Shown piece after piece: positions 30,061 to 39,961 of a stretch of DNA of 55,919 bases. Where the stretch lies: positions 1-55,919 of the forward strand of contig JBBIRY010000002.1 in the NCBI GenBank assembly GCA_037441605.1. Direction: 5' to 3'. The position numbers and the translations under genes were made by a program. Below the pieces are notes generated by a model, which was given only the letters and a program-made list of their open reading frames with translations, made no database searches and was not told the origin of the DNA. Positions within the stretch are counted from its first letter, which is position 1, and each line of letters begins with the position of its first letter. Origin of the DNA: Actinomycetota bacterium (GTDB lineage: Bacteria > Actinomycetota > Aquicultoria > UBA3085 > Oleimmundimicrobiaceae).

Positions 30061-30962
30061 TCGGTCTCCCCAAGAACTATGTAAGGTTTTACGACTTTCC
30101 TCTCATCCTCATCCAAAGTTACCCTTGCTACGACTATCGGTTGACCTTCACGACCAATAAGCAGAATATCTTCACCGAGCGGATTGGTCCAGGTCCCCTT
30201 AGAAACAACTTGGTTGCCAGAGAGAAGTTTCTTTTCAGTCTCTTCATCTTGAATCTTGATGGAGCCCATAAAACTTAAGGCTTTCTCGATCGAAATCAAA
30301 AACTCCTTTGGATCAGGTGCTTGAGTCAGAGTCTCAAGAGAGATCGAATCATCCAAACTATATCTTCCCGCCTCAAGACGGGTCAAAGCCGAAAGATGAG
30401 CTCCGACCCCAAGAGCTTTGCCGATATCAGAGGCCAAACTTCTTATATATGTGCCCTTAGATGCAGTCACGTCAAGCTTAGCTGCCGGATTTTCCCCTTC
30501 CTTAAAATCGACGAGCTTAAGCTCTATAATCTCGACATTCCTCGTTGGGGCAGAAACAGCTTCACCTTTGCGGGCAAGATCATATAAAGGCCGGCCTTTC
30601 TTTTTTATGGCCGAATAAATCGGCGCCCTCTGCTCTATGTGACCACGAAACCTTTTAAGCGTCTTTTCGACATTATCTGATGAAACTTCACAGGAACGCT
30701 TCGAGATGACCTTCCCTTCTCCATCAAGGGTATCCGTCTCAATCCCAAATCTCACCTCGGCAAGATATCGTTTCTTGTCTTCTCCAAAGAACCTGGCAAG
30801 TTTGGTCGCCTTGCCGATGAGTATCAGCATGACCCCGGTCGCGATGGGATCTAAGGTTCCCGTGTGTCCGGCCTTCTTTGCTCCAATGATTCTTTTAGCC
30901 TTCAAAACTAGATCGGAAGAGGTCATGCCCTTGGGTTTATCTAGAATCAGAATTCCGTTCAA
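30057..30962 (-). CDS. truB: tRNA pseudouridine(55) synthase
   Basis: LDKPKGMTSSD and the catalytic GHTGTLDP motif, with a PUA-like C-terminus. Confidence 0.9.
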   Translation of the reverse strand: MNGILILDKPKGMTSSDLVLKAKRIIGAKKAGHTGTLDPIATGVMLILIGKATKLARFFGEDKKRYLAEVRFGIETDTLDGEGKVISKRSCEVSSDNVEKTLKRFRGHIEQRAPIYSAIKKKGRPLYDLARKGEAVSAPTRNVEIIELKLVDFKEGENPAAKLDVTASKGTYIRSLASDIGKALGVGAHLSALTRLEAGRYSLDDSISLETLTQAPDPKEFLISIEKALSFMGSIKIQDEETEKKLLSGNQVVSKGTWTNPLGEDILLIGREGQPIVVARVTLDEDERKVVKPYIVLGETD

Positions 30963-31999
30963 ATCTCTGCCTTAAGGATCGCTAAAATCTTTTCAACTAT
31001 CTCTTCTCTTGCTCCTTTAAATACGAAACCGGCCGCTGCCTTGTGTCCGCCTCCACCGAATCTGCCCGCAAGCTTTGAAAGATCGTAATCGCCCTTGGCT
31101 CTAAGGGAAACCTTCCACAAGTCCCCCGGTTCCTCTTTTAAGACGAAGACGACCTTGGCTTGTTTGACTTCGCGCAGAATATTTATGAGATCTTCGGTCT
31201 CCTCGAGAGTTGCTTCCGTTGCGTTCAGGTCATCTTGGGTGATAAAAGAGTAAAGGATGGGTCCGGCTAATTCAAAGCGTGATAAGAACTTTTCGACAAG
31301 CTTAAGATAGTTTACGCTGCGAGACTCGTAAACATTTTGATAGATCGGATTTGGCTTGACCCCAAGCTTCAATAGTTCACCGGCCATCTCAAAGGCGATA
31401 AGATTCGTGTTGGAATACTGGAAGCGGCCCGTGTCGGTGAGAAGGCCGACGTAGAGAGCGTTTGCAACCCTTGCATCTATATCGCCCCCGATCTCCTTTA
31501 TGAGGCGATAGACCAATTCGGCCGTAGCCGGAGAGGCGGTATCTATCAGGTTGAGCAGAGCAAACCCCGGGTTTCCTTGATGGTGGTCAAAATTTATCGA
31601 CTTTGGCGTATCCTTTAAAAGTTCGCCCAAAGCAGCGAGCCTTTCCAAGTTCGCGCAATCTAAGGCTATAAATAGATCGAAGGGACCAACGTCCTTCAAA
31701 TCATCCCTTAAAAGTTCTTCACCCTCAAAGAGAAAGAGATAATCGTTGGGAATGGCTTCGATGGCAGGGCGATCAAGAGAGATCTTACCGTAATCCCATG
31801 CCATATGAACATCTTTGCCCATACCTTTTAAGAAGAGGCATAGGCCGACAAGAGAGCCGATGGCGTCGCCGTCTGGGTCCTTATGAGTGGCGACAATTAT
31901 TCTTCTGCTCGCCAATATCAGATCCGCCGCTTCTTTTAACAAGCTTTGACTCAACTTCGAAGAAGAGGCCGCATCCAAGGCTAAAGACTCTTTACTCAA
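30959..31999 (-). CDS. nrnA: DHH/DHHA1 phosphoesterase (oligoribonuclease/pAp phosphatase NrnA-like)
   Basis: DPDGDAIGS, DHH (FDHHQGN) and GGGGHKAAAG motifs. The likely start is TTG 31999, 7 nt after GAGGAGGAG. The ORF-track start is 32029. Confidence 0.8.
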   Translation of the reverse strand: MSKESLALDAASSSKLSQSLLKEAADLILASRRIIVATHKDPDGDAIGSLVGLCLFLKGMGKDVHMAWDYGKISLDRPAIEAIPNDYLFLFEGEELLRDDLKDVGPFDLFIALDCANLERLAALGELLKDTPKSINFDHHQGNPGFALLNLIDTASPATAELVYRLIKEIGGDIDARVANALYVGLLTDTGRFQYSNTNLIAFEMAGELLKLGVKPNPIYQNVYESRSVNYLKLVEKFLSRFELAGPILYSFITQDDLNATEATLEETEDLINILREVKQAKVVFVLKEEPGDLWKVSLRAKGDYDLSKLAGRFGGGGHKAAAGFVFKGAREEIVEKILAILKAEI

Positions 32000-32348
32000 C
32001 TCCCCGCTCCTCCTCGCAGGCAAGATCATTGATGATTTTCGAAATCCGAAAGGCCCTGTCTACGGAGTCGTCCCACTTGAAGATGATGTCCGGAGTGTGT
32101 TTGAGATGAAGTTTTTTCGCCACCTCTTTCTTGACGAAGCCCTTGGCCCCGCTTAGCGCCTCCAATAAATCATCTTTTCGTTTATCATCGATCGAGCTCA
32201 CATAGACGGAGGCAAGCTTAAGATCCCTGGAAAGATCGACCCCGGTGACGGAGACAAGTTCTACCCTTGGATCTTTGAGTCTCATTATTATCTCGCTTAT
32301 CTCTTCGCGCATCGCCTCAGAGACGCGGCTTGTCCTTGAAAATTCCAT
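31992..32348 (-). CDS. rbfA: ribosome-binding factor A
   Basis: 118 aa with the RVSEAMREEISEII...DPRV pattern of RbfA, located after infB. Confidence 0.9.
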   Translation of the reverse strand: MEFSRTSRVSEAMREEISEIIMRLKDPRVELVSVTGVDLSRDLKLASVYVSSIDDKRKDDLLEALSGAKGFVKKEVAKKLHLKHTPDIIFKWDDSVDRAFRISKIINDLACEEERGVE

Positions 32349-32353
32349 TTATC

Positions 32354-32668
32354 TTAAGGCTCTCCTTCCCCGTCAAGCACAGAATAGACCGAGATATTTG
32401 AGGATAGAAGCTCCAAATCGAATTCTTCCAAAATATGCTGAACCATTCTTGAGAAGACCTCCCTTATCTCCGATTCCTTGAGCGAGACCACAGCGACGCC
32501 GATCGAAGCTCTTTGGAGCAGGTCCTGGCCTGAGATTTCTTTAACTGAAGCATTGAACCTATTCTTAAGTCGCTGAGTCAAACTCTTAACTATGCGCCGT
32601 TTATCTTTGAGCGAATTTGAGGAGGGGATGATAAGATCGAGTTGGAGTAGACCTACAAATGGACCCAT
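32354..32668 (-). CDS. DUF503 family protein (YlxP-like)
   Basis: 104 aa with SLKDKRRIVKS and FNASVKE, typical of DUF503. The position between infB and rbfA matches B. subtilis ylxP. Confidence 0.8.
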   Translation of the reverse strand: MGPFVGLLQLDLIIPSSNSLKDKRRIVKSLTQRLKNRFNASVKEISGQDLLQRASIGVAVVSLKESEIREVFSRMVQHILEEFDLELLSSNISVYSVLDGEGEP

Positions 32669-32685
32669 TGGTGAATTCTCTCAGT

Positions 32686-34722
32686 TTAGATAGCGGCCTT
32701 CTCGACAATCTTAAAGAACTCAAAAGTATCGCCGACTTGAACATCGGAGAACCTCTCAAGAACTATTCCGCATTCAAGGCCGTTTTTGACGGTGGTCACA
32801 TCATCTTTAAATCTCTTTAGAGACTTGACTTTTCCCTCGAAGATCACGGCCCCATCGCGAATCAGCCGTAGGCTGTCTTTGCGATTCACTTCGCCGGAAA
32901 CGACGTAACACCCGGCGATTGTTCCAAGTTTGGAAGCCTTAAAGATATCTCTAACCTCGACCACTGCCGTTTCGACCTCTTCTAAAGTGGGCTTTAAGAG
33001 ACCTTTTCTCGCCGCCTCGATGTCCTCTATGACCTTATAGATAACCCGATACATCCTTACATCTACGTTCTCTCTATCAGAGAGTTCTTTGGCCTTAGCA
33101 TCGGGCCTGACATTGAAGCCGATTACGACGGCATTAGAAGCCGAGGCGAGCATTATATCGGTCTCAGTGATGGCTCCGACCCCTTTATGGATGACCCTGA
33201 CCCTAACCTCGGTCTGATCGATCTCGCTTAGCGCGCCGCATAAAGCCTCAACCGACCCTTGGACATCGGCTTTGACAATAAGATTGAGATCCCTTATCTC
33301 GCCTTTCGATATCTGATTGAAGAGGTCTTCAAGGGCGATATGCTTATGTGAGTCCTTCTCTAAGACGCGCTTCTTTAATAGGCGCTCCTCTGTTATCTGC
33401 CGGGCCCTCTTCTCGTCTGCTACCTCTTTAAGGATATCGCCGGCATTGGGCGTCGTCGACCACCCGGTTATCTCTACCGGTTGGCCGGGCCTGGCCAGAT
33501 TGACCTTTCTGCCCTTATCGTCGCGCATGGCCCGAATCTTGCCGCTGGCATATCCGGCTACAACGGCGTCACCGACTTCGAGATTTCCCCCTTGAACCAA
33601 GACCGTCGCCACCGGACCTTTCCCCTTGTCTAGAAAGGCTTCGATAACGGTGCCAAACCCTGCCCCCTTGACCGGGGACTTGATGTCGCCCATTTCTGCT
33701 AGAAGAAGGACCATATCCAAGAGTTCGTCGATATTCATTTTTGCTTTTGCCGAAACGGGAACGAATATCGTTTCGCCACCCCACTCTTCGGGAACTAAGC
33801 CGTATTCGGTCAATTGCTGTTTCACCTTATCCGGATTGGCCTCATCCTTATCGATCTTGTTTATGGCAACCAGAATCGGCACCCCGGCGGCTTTTGCGTG
33901 ATCTATGGCCTCGACCGTCTGGGGCATGACACCATCGTCGGCCGCAACCACCAAGATGGCGATATCGGTTATCTTCGCCCCTCGGGCCCGCATGGCGGTG
34001 AATGCCTCATGACCGGGGGTATCAATGAAGGTTATCTTCTTATCATTTCGTTCTACCTGGTAAGCGCCTATGTGTTGGGTAATGCCTCCGGCCTCAGTGG
34101 AAACTACATCGGTCTTGCGTATGGCATCCAAAAGAAGTGTCTTGCCGTGATCGACGTGACCCATTACCGTGACAACGGGGGGACGAGACTTTAGTTCCTT
34201 GGGGTCGGTCTCTGCCACCTCGTCGACTTCCATCTCTTCCTCTAGGCTGACTATTTGGACGGAAAGCCCATATTCATCTGCCAAAAGCTCGACAGCAGCG
34301 CTGTTCAGCGGTTGATTGATTGTGGCCATTTCGCCCATGTTCATGAGATTCTTAATTATGTCGGTCGGATTCTTTTTAAAGAGTTTTGCGATCTCGCTAA
34401 CGGTTGATCCGGCGATTATTCGAATCGGCTCTAAGCCTAAGGCTTCCTTTTTGACCTCACTATTGGCCCCCGCTTTGGGTTTGACCTTTTGGGCCTTGCC
34501 TTTGCCGACAGGATTTGAAGCAGCGGGTTTTTTCTTCTGATCCCCTTTGGGAGCTTTCTTTTTTGTCGTTGATGATAGGCGCTCTTGCAATTTTGTAAGC
34601 ACATCCCCTTCTATGGAGGCAAAATGGTTTTTCGCTTCTACCCCCATGGCTTTCAGCTCATCCATCAAAATCGAACTCTTTATATTCATCTCGCCGGCAA
34701 TCTCATAGATCCTCTTTGCCAA
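32686..34722 (-). CDS. infB: translation initiation factor IF-2
   Basis: G domain [20 protein letters not shown], 678 aa. Confidence 0.97.
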   Translation of the reverse strand: MAKRIYEIAGEMNIKSSILMDELKAMGVEAKNHFASIEGDVLTKLQERLSSTTKKKAPKGDQKKKPAASNPVGKGKAQKVKPKAGANSEVKKEALGLEPIRIIAGSTVSEIAKLFKKNPTDIIKNLMNMGEMATINQPLNSAAVELLADEYGLSVQIVSLEEEMEVDEVAETDPKELKSRPPVVTVMGHVDHGKTLLLDAIRKTDVVSTEAGGITQHIGAYQVERNDKKITFIDTPGHEAFTAMRARGAKITDIAILVVAADDGVMPQTVEAIDHAKAAGVPILVAINKIDKDEANPDKVKQQLTEYGLVPEEWGGETIFVPVSAKAKMNIDELLDMVLLLAEMGDIKSPVKGAGFGTVIEAFLDKGKGPVATVLVQGGNLEVGDAVVAGYASGKIRAMRDDKGRKVNLARPGQPVEITGWSTTPNAGDILKEVADEKRARQITEERLLKKRVLEKDSHKHIALEDLFNQISKGEIRDLNLIVKADVQGSVEALCGALSEIDQTEVRVRVIHKGVGAITETDIMLASASNAVVIGFNVRPDAKAKELSDRENVDVRMYRVIYKVIEDIEAARKGLLKPTLEEVETAVVEVRDIFKASKLGTIAGCYVVSGEVNRKDSLRLIRDGAVIFEGKVKSLKRFKDDVTTVKNGLECGIVLERFSDVQVGDTFEFFKIVEKAAI

Positions 34723-34734
34723 TCATATCACCCT

Positions 34735-35013
34735 TTAATCTTGGTTCTGGCCAAAAAACTCTTCTACGCTTCTAGTGAGCGAGATCAATTCGTCTTTGGA
34801 AATTTCACTCTTTAACGCAATCGAAAGTCTCTTTCGTTTAGCGGCATTCAAAAAACAATCCAAGCTGCATATATATGCTCCCCTTCCGGCCCTTTTGCCG
34901 GCTGGATCTAAAGAGACACCCTCATCTTTGGGCTTTACGACCCGAAGGAGATCTCTCTTTAACAGAGAATTTTGACAGCCAATACATCTTCTAAGCGGAA
35001 AGCTTCTCTCCAT
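34735..35013 (-). CDS. ylxR: YlxR/DUF448 family RNA-binding protein
   Basis: RRCIGCQ...KRDLLRVV...GRGAYIC motif, located between nusA and infB. Confidence 0.85.
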   Translation of the reverse strand: MERSFPLRRCIGCQNSLLKRDLLRVVKPKDEGVSLDPAGKRAGRGAYICSLDCFLNAAKRKRLSIALKSEISKDELISLTRSVEEFFGQNQD

Positions 35014-35018
35014 TAAGG

Positions 35019-36146
35019 TTACTCAAGACCTTTATGTACCCCGCAATAATCGCTTCCGGGCCTTTTTTTGTTGGCACACCTCTCTCCGGTCTTCTTGATG
35101 GCGATACAGGTGTCATCTTGCGCTTCTTCCTCATCGGCTCTGGTCGGGGTTAGAGCCCGCTCGGCCGCCTCCCTTGCGGCCTGGGACTCGCTTTTAATAT
35201 CTATTCTCCAGCCGGTAATCTTGGCAGCAAGACGCGCGTTCTGCCCCTCCTTGCCTATGGCAAGGGAGAGTTGATCGTCGGGAACGATCACTTCAGCCGT
35301 CTTCTCTTCTTCATTTATCGATACCGATCTCACCTTGGCCGGACTCAAAGCATTACCGACAAAGACTGATGGGTCCTCGCTCCATCTTATGACATCGATC
35401 TTCTCTTCACGAAGTTCTGAGACGACCATTCTCACCCTCGAGCCTTTGGGACCGACGCAAGCTCCAACCGGATCGACGCTCTCATCCCTGGACGAGACCG
35501 CTATCTTTGACCTATAGCCGGGCTCCCTGGAGACGGCCTTTATCTCGACATACCCATCCAGTATCTCAGGAACTTCCAGTTCGAAGAGGCGCTTGATCAG
35601 TCCGGGATGGGTCCTGGAGAGAATTATCTGCGGCTCTTTGGAGGTTCGCCTGACTTCAATGATATAGGCTTTGATCCGCATCCCGTGCTCGTATCTCTCT
35701 CCGGGCACCTGTTCGGAGGGGGGAAGAAGGGCCTCGACCCGGCCCAGATTAACCAGAGTATACCTCTGATCGCTCTGCTGGATTATTCCGGTGACAATAT
35801 CACCTTCGCGGTCGACATACTCATCATACATAAGCGATCTTTCGGCCTCTCTGATCTTCTGCAAGATCACCTGTTTGGCCGTCTGAGCCGCTATCCTTCC
35901 AAAATCTTTGGGAGTGACCTCTTCCTCTTCGATCTCAACGCCGGATTCGGTCTCAATCTCGGTCTGCGAGAAGACCTGTATCTTGCCGGTCTCTCGATCA
36001 ATGTTTACATAGACATTCGGAGCCATTCCGTAGTCTTTCTTGTATGCGGTCGCAAGCGCGTCGCTCAAGGCATCAAATATCGCCTCGGCATCTATCTTCT
36101 TCTCTCGCTCTATCTGTCTGATCGCTTCTATGAGATCAACGTTCAC
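35019..36146 (-). CDS. nusA: transcription termination/antitermination factor NusA with a C-terminal Cys3His tail
   Basis: N-terminal domain, S1 domain and two KH domains (GACVGPKGSRV, AIGKEGQNARLA). An additional tail reads CIAIKKTGERCANKKRPGSDYCGVH. Confidence 0.95.
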   Translation of the reverse strand: MNVDLIEAIRQIEREKKIDAEAIFDALSDALATAYKKDYGMAPNVYVNIDRETGKIQVFSQTEIETESGVEIEEEEVTPKDFGRIAAQTAKQVILQKIREAERSLMYDEYVDREGDIVTGIIQQSDQRYTLVNLGRVEALLPPSEQVPGERYEHGMRIKAYIIEVRRTSKEPQIILSRTHPGLIKRLFELEVPEILDGYVEIKAVSREPGYRSKIAVSSRDESVDPVGACVGPKGSRVRMVVSELREEKIDVIRWSEDPSVFVGNALSPAKVRSVSINEEEKTAEVIVPDDQLSLAIGKEGQNARLAAKITGWRIDIKSESQAAREAAERALTPTRADEEEAQDDTCIAIKKTGERCANKKRPGSDYCGVHKGLE

Positions 36147-36637
36147 TTTTTGCCGCTCCTTTCAGTGGGCGAAAAACCCTGGAAATCAGCAACTAGATTA
36201 GCTTTCTGAATCATCTCGTAATCTAGGCGATGATCCTCTCCATCGATTTCGGCAAGAACCCCCTCCTGATCGGCTGACTTGATCAAGATAGAAAGCGTCT
36301 TCTTGCCCAATATCGCTTCCTTTACCTTAACCTTTGCCTTCTTGCCTACGTTTGCGGCAAAATGGTTAGGCTTGCGAAGGCGTCTTTCAAGCCCTGGCGA
36401 GGAGACTTCGAGAAAATATTTCGTCTCGATTACCCCGATATCATCCAACCTTTTGGAGATGATCTGGCTCGCCTTCGAGCAGTCATCCAGCCCGACCGGT
36501 CCTTCTCTGTCGATATAGATCCGAAGGATCAGTCCGACCGGATCGCGGAGCATCTCTAAATCATAAACGGAAATCCCGATCCTTTGCAGTTCGCCTTCGA
36601 TCTCAGATTCAATCTCGTCCAGATTTATGATGCCCAA
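36143..36637 (-). CDS. rimP: ribosome maturation factor RimP
   Basis: LRIYIDREGPVGLDDC...YFLEVSSPGLERRL signature. TTG start. Confidence 0.85.
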   Translation of the reverse strand: MGIINLDEIESEIEGELQRIGISVYDLEMLRDPVGLILRIYIDREGPVGLDDCSKASQIISKRLDDIGVIETKYFLEVSSPGLERRLRKPNHFAANVGKKAKVKVKEAILGKKTLSILIKSADQEGVLAEIDGEDHRLDYEMIQKANLVADFQGFSPTERSGKK

Positions 36638-36663
36638 GAGATACCCGCCTGTGCCGTAATATT

Positions 36664-36688
36664 AAAAAAAGTGGGTTTTCTACCCACT
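36664..36688 (-). terminator. intrinsic terminator hairpin (ends the GT2/proS unit; also sits in the rimP-nusA leader)
   Basis: The minus strand reads agtgggt-agaaa-acccact followed by TTTTTTT, about 25 nt upstream of the rimP start. Confidence 0.65.
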
Positions 36689-36715
36689 CGAAGTTGAATC
36701 GATTAAGCTTCATAG

Positions 36716-36744
36716 ATATTAACATAATAATTTTTTCGGCGCAA
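36716..36744 (-). promoter_or_regulatory. candidate promoter of the rimP-nusA-infB operon
   Basis: The minus strand has TTGCGC (36744-36739), a 17 nt spacer, then TAATAT (36721-36716). It lies upstream of the terminator hairpin. Confidence 0.5.
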
Positions 36745-36778
36745 ACCAATAGGTGGCATTAAGGAGGTAAAGCTTGGA

Positions 36779-37450
36779 TTATTGGCGATCCAAACCAAAG
36801 AAGTGGATGACAAGATCCTTATACATCTGCAGGCGGTGAAAGAGACCCTTCTGTATCCCAAGCTTCTCTTCCTTCATCACGTGGGTGACATTGGGCATTA
36901 TCACCTCTATCACCTTGGCCGAGATCTCTTTGGCCTGCTTGGTAAAGGCTATCTCCACCCCAAAGCCGGTCTTGGAGAAGTCCTCCATCCCACTCAAAAA
37001 TGACCGCCTAAACGCCCTTTGGCCGGTGATGTGGGGAACGAGAGCTTGAGAGAAGTTCGTCGCCGCTCTGCCCTTAGTAAATTTTCCAAGCGTCATATCT
37101 ACACTCTCATCTTTCAGCAAGGGGTCAATGAGATCTTCGATATGCTTTGTGGTAAGACCAACCAGATCGGCATCGAAGAGGACGAGTATGTCGGCAGCGG
37201 TTGAATTGATTCCGGCCCAAATTGCGGCCCCCTTGCCTTCGTTTTTGCTAAGGGTTACCACCTTGACTCCGAGGTAGGATCCGGCTTGAGCCGCGGTATC
37301 ATCGGTCGAACCATCGTTGACTACAATCACTTCGCCAACCAATTCTACCTTCAAGAGTTCTTCTAGGACCACGCCTACCCGCCCCTCTTCGTTGAAGGCG
37401 GGAAGGATGGCGGCTATTAACGGAGGGTTATGTTTTGACGACTCAGTCAT
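36779..37450 (-). CDS. family 2 glycosyltransferase
   Basis: ILPAFNEE...VIVVNDGSTDDT...LFDADL (DxD) motifs. I prefer ATG 37450 (MTESSK...), 2 nt after the proS stop, over the ORF-track start at 37507. Confidence 0.75.
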   Translation of the reverse strand: MTESSKHNPPLIAAILPAFNEEGRVGVVLEELLKVELVGEVIVVNDGSTDDTAAQAGSYLGVKVVTLSKNEGKGAAIWAGINSTAADILVLFDADLVGLTTKHIEDLIDPLLKDESVDMTLGKFTKGRAATNFSQALVPHITGQRAFRRSFLSGMEDFSKTGFGVEIAFTKQAKEISAKVIEVIMPNVTHVMKEEKLGIQKGLFHRLQMYKDLVIHFFGLDRQ

Positions 37451-37452
37451 TA

Positions 37453-38919
37453 TCAATATGCCTTGGCAAAGAGAGCCTCGTTCCCCTCCTTTGAGCAGAC
37501 CACGCAAGGTCCGGTATTGGGTTTAAAGGGCATGCATCTTATGGTCGCCATCGTCTCCTCTTTCACCTTATCCTCGCAAGCCGGGTCTCCGCACCAAAAG
37601 GTTGAGACGAAACCGCCCTTTTCTCCGATTGCCTTGGAAAGTTCAGAAAAGCCCTCAAGATGAGTCGTGTTTTCGTCCCTAAAACTCTTGGCTCTCTCTA
37701 AAAGGGAGTCTTGAATCGAAGAGAGCGTCATTTTCACCGTCTCGCTTACCTCTTCCATCTTGATGAAGCTCTTTTCTCTCGTGTCGCGTCTGACCATTAC
37801 GACGTGACCTTTTTCTATATCCTTGGGACCGATCTCGATCCTAATCGGCACGCCCCTAAGCTCCCACTCATTGAACTTCCAGCCAATGGAGTGCTCACGC
37901 CGGCGATCGGTCTTAACCCGAAACTTGGCGGAAAGGAGTTCTTCTAACTCTTTCACCTTGGCTTCGACTTGAGCTTCCTTCTCTTTCGAGCCGTAAATGG
38001 GAAGGATGACAACCTGGATGGGAGCGACTTTAGGCGGAATGATCAGACCCTGATCGTCGCCATGAGTCATAATCAAGGCGCCCATAAGACGCGTAGAAAC
38101 CCCCCAGCTCGTTTGCCAGGCATATTTCCTCTCGCCGTCTTTATCCTGAAAGGTTATGTCGAAGACTTTGGCAAAGTGCTGACCAAGATTGTGTGAGGTT
38201 CCGGCCTGGAGTGCCTTGCCATCCGGCATCAGAGCTTCGATTGAGTAGGTCTTAAGGGCTCCGGCAAACTTCTCTCTTTCGCTCTTAAGCCCGGCACAGA
38301 CCGGTATCGCCAAGTCTTCTTCGGCAAAGCAGCGGTAGACTTCGAGCATTCTCAAAGTCTCCTCTTCGGCCTCGGATTCGTCAGCGTGGACGGTATGGCC
38401 TTCCTGCCAGAGAAATTCAGTCGTCCTTAAAAAGGGACGGGTCACCTTCTCCCAGCGAACCACGTTGGCCCACTGGTTTATCAGAACGGGCAGATCGCGC
38501 CAGGAATCTATCCACTTGGAATACATGCTGCCGATGATCGCTTCCGAGGTGGGGCGGATAGCCAGCCTCTCCTCAAGCTCCTCGTTTCCGGCATGAGTGA
38601 CCCAGGCGACTTCTGGCGCAAAACCCTCTATATGATCTGCCTCTTTGGCAAGCAAACTTTCGGGCACAAAAAGAGGAAAATAGGCGTTCTCGTGGCCGGT
38701 CTCCTTTATCCTCTCATCGAGTAGACCCTTCATCAACTCCCAAATACCATAGCCGTAAGGACGAATGACCATGCAGCCCTTTATCGGCGCATAATCGGCT
38801 AACTCGGCTGCCAATATGACGTCGGTATACCACTTCCTAAAATTTTCGCTCTTGTCGGTTATGTCCTTAACAAAACCCTTATCGCTTTCGATCAAACTTA
38901 TCTCTTCCTCCCATTTCAA
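37453..38919 (-). CDS. proS: proline--tRNA ligase, archaeal/eukaryote-like type (no INS editing domain, Zn-binding C-terminal domain)
   Basis: 488 aa class II aaRS core. The C-terminus CGDPACEDK...CVVCSKEG...AKAY ends in Tyr. The start is uncertain because the ORF overlaps ispG by 41 nt. Confidence 0.9.
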   Translation of the reverse strand: MKWEEEISLIESDKGFVKDITDKSENFRKWYTDVILAAELADYAPIKGCMVIRPYGYGIWELMKGLLDERIKETGHENAYFPLFVPESLLAKEADHIEGFAPEVAWVTHAGNEELEERLAIRPTSEAIIGSMYSKWIDSWRDLPVLINQWANVVRWEKVTRPFLRTTEFLWQEGHTVHADESEAEEETLRMLEVYRCFAEEDLAIPVCAGLKSEREKFAGALKTYSIEALMPDGKALQAGTSHNLGQHFAKVFDITFQDKDGERKYAWQTSWGVSTRLMGALIMTHGDDQGLIIPPKVAPIQVVILPIYGSKEKEAQVEAKVKELEELLSAKFRVKTDRRREHSIGWKFNEWELRGVPIRIEIGPKDIEKGHVVMVRRDTREKSFIKMEEVSETVKMTLSSIQDSLLERAKSFRDENTTHLEGFSELSKAIGEKGGFVSTFWCGDPACEDKVKEETMATIRCMPFKPNTGPCVVCSKEGNEALFAKAY

Positions 38920-39961
38920 GAACGGTTTCTACGAGCACGTCCAGCATCTCGGCTTCTGCCACCTTCTTAACCGGCTTGCCACTTACGAATAATAAACCTT
39001 CTTTGCGACCGGCTGCAATACCAATATCGGCCTTTCTTGCTTCACCTGGTCCGTTGACGGCGCATCCCATCACGGCCACCTTTATCGGAATTCGCTTGCC
39101 CGCAAGGCGTTCCTCTACCTCTCTTGCAAGTTTTGTGAGATCGACCTCGCACCGGGCGCAAGTCGGGCAGGATATGATCTCGACAAATTCTCGCCTTAAA
39201 TCCAATGCTGCCAAGATCTTATGTCCGACCCTAACCTCATGGACCGGATCATCGCTCAAAGATACGCGCAATGTATCTCCGATTCCCCGGCTTAAGAGGA
39301 CCCCTAAAACGACCGATGATTTGACCGACCCGAAAAGGAGGGTTCCGGCCTCGGTTAGGCCGATATGAAGCGGGGCATTGGTCTTGGTCGAAAGATTAGT
39401 ATAAGCTTCGATCGTCTCGGTGGGCGTGGAGGCCTTAACGGAGATGATGAAATCAATAAAATCATTCTCTTCAAAGAAAGCGCCGTATTCAAGGGCGCTT
39501 TCTACGAGAGCCCTTGCCGGTCCGCCCCCCATCTCTCGATACTTCTTGTGGAGAGAGCCAAAGTTGACTCCAATTCTAATCGCAACGGATCTCTCTTTGG
39601 CCTTATCTAAAATTTTCAGCACCCGATCATTCGAGCCGATATTGCCGGGGTTTATGCGTATCTTGTCGGCTCCGTTTTCAATGGCAGAGAGAGCGAGTTT
39701 GTAGTCGAAATGGATATCGGCAACCAGAGGTATCGATATCTCACTTTTGATCGATTTTAGGGCCTTTGCGGCCGCTTGGTCCTTAACCGCAACTCGAACG
39801 AGGTCACAGCCGGCCTCCTGAAGGCGGTTTATCTGTAAAACCGTTGCCTTGACATCCTCGGTCTTGGTGGTTGTCATCGATTGGACGGAGATCAGAGCCC
39901 CCCCTCCGATGGTTACGCCGCCGACTTTAACCCCTCTTGTAACTTTACGCTCGATCATCAT
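38879..39961 (-). CDS. ispG: 4-hydroxy-3-methylbut-2-en-1-yl diphosphate synthase (flavodoxin)
   Basis: TIM-barrel N-domain (RVAV, RINPGN) and Fe-S C-domain (SCPTCARC...GCAVNGPGE). Confidence 0.95.
   Translation of the reverse strand: MMIERKVTRGVKVGGVTIGGGALISVQSMTTTKTEDVKATVLQINRLQEAGCDLVRVAVKDQAAAKALKSIKSEISIPLVADIHFDYKLALSAIENGADKIRINPGNIGSNDRVLKILDKAKERSVAIRIGVNFGSLHKKYREMGGGPARALVESALEYGAFFEENDFIDFIISVKASTPTETIEAYTNLSTKTNAPLHIGLTEAGTLLFGSVKSSVVLGVLLSRGIGDTLRVSLSDDPVHEVRVGHKILAALDLRREFVEIISCPTCARCEVDLTKLAREVEERLAGKRIPIKVAVMGCAVNGPGEARKADIGIAAGRKEGLLFVSGKPVKKVAEAEMLDVLVETVLEMGGRDKFDRKR

Noticed and set aside
35607-36209. Long antisense ORFs. Examples are the 200 aa plus-strand ORF opposite nusA, the 194 aa ORF at 747-1331 opposite pyrB/pyrR, and the 172 aa ORF at 11065-11583 opposite rny.
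   Set aside because: They lie entirely opposite strongly supported conserved genes. Their composition is low-complexity and rich in Ser, Leu, Arg and Pro, with no recognisable motifs and no SD. They are typical shadow ORFs.
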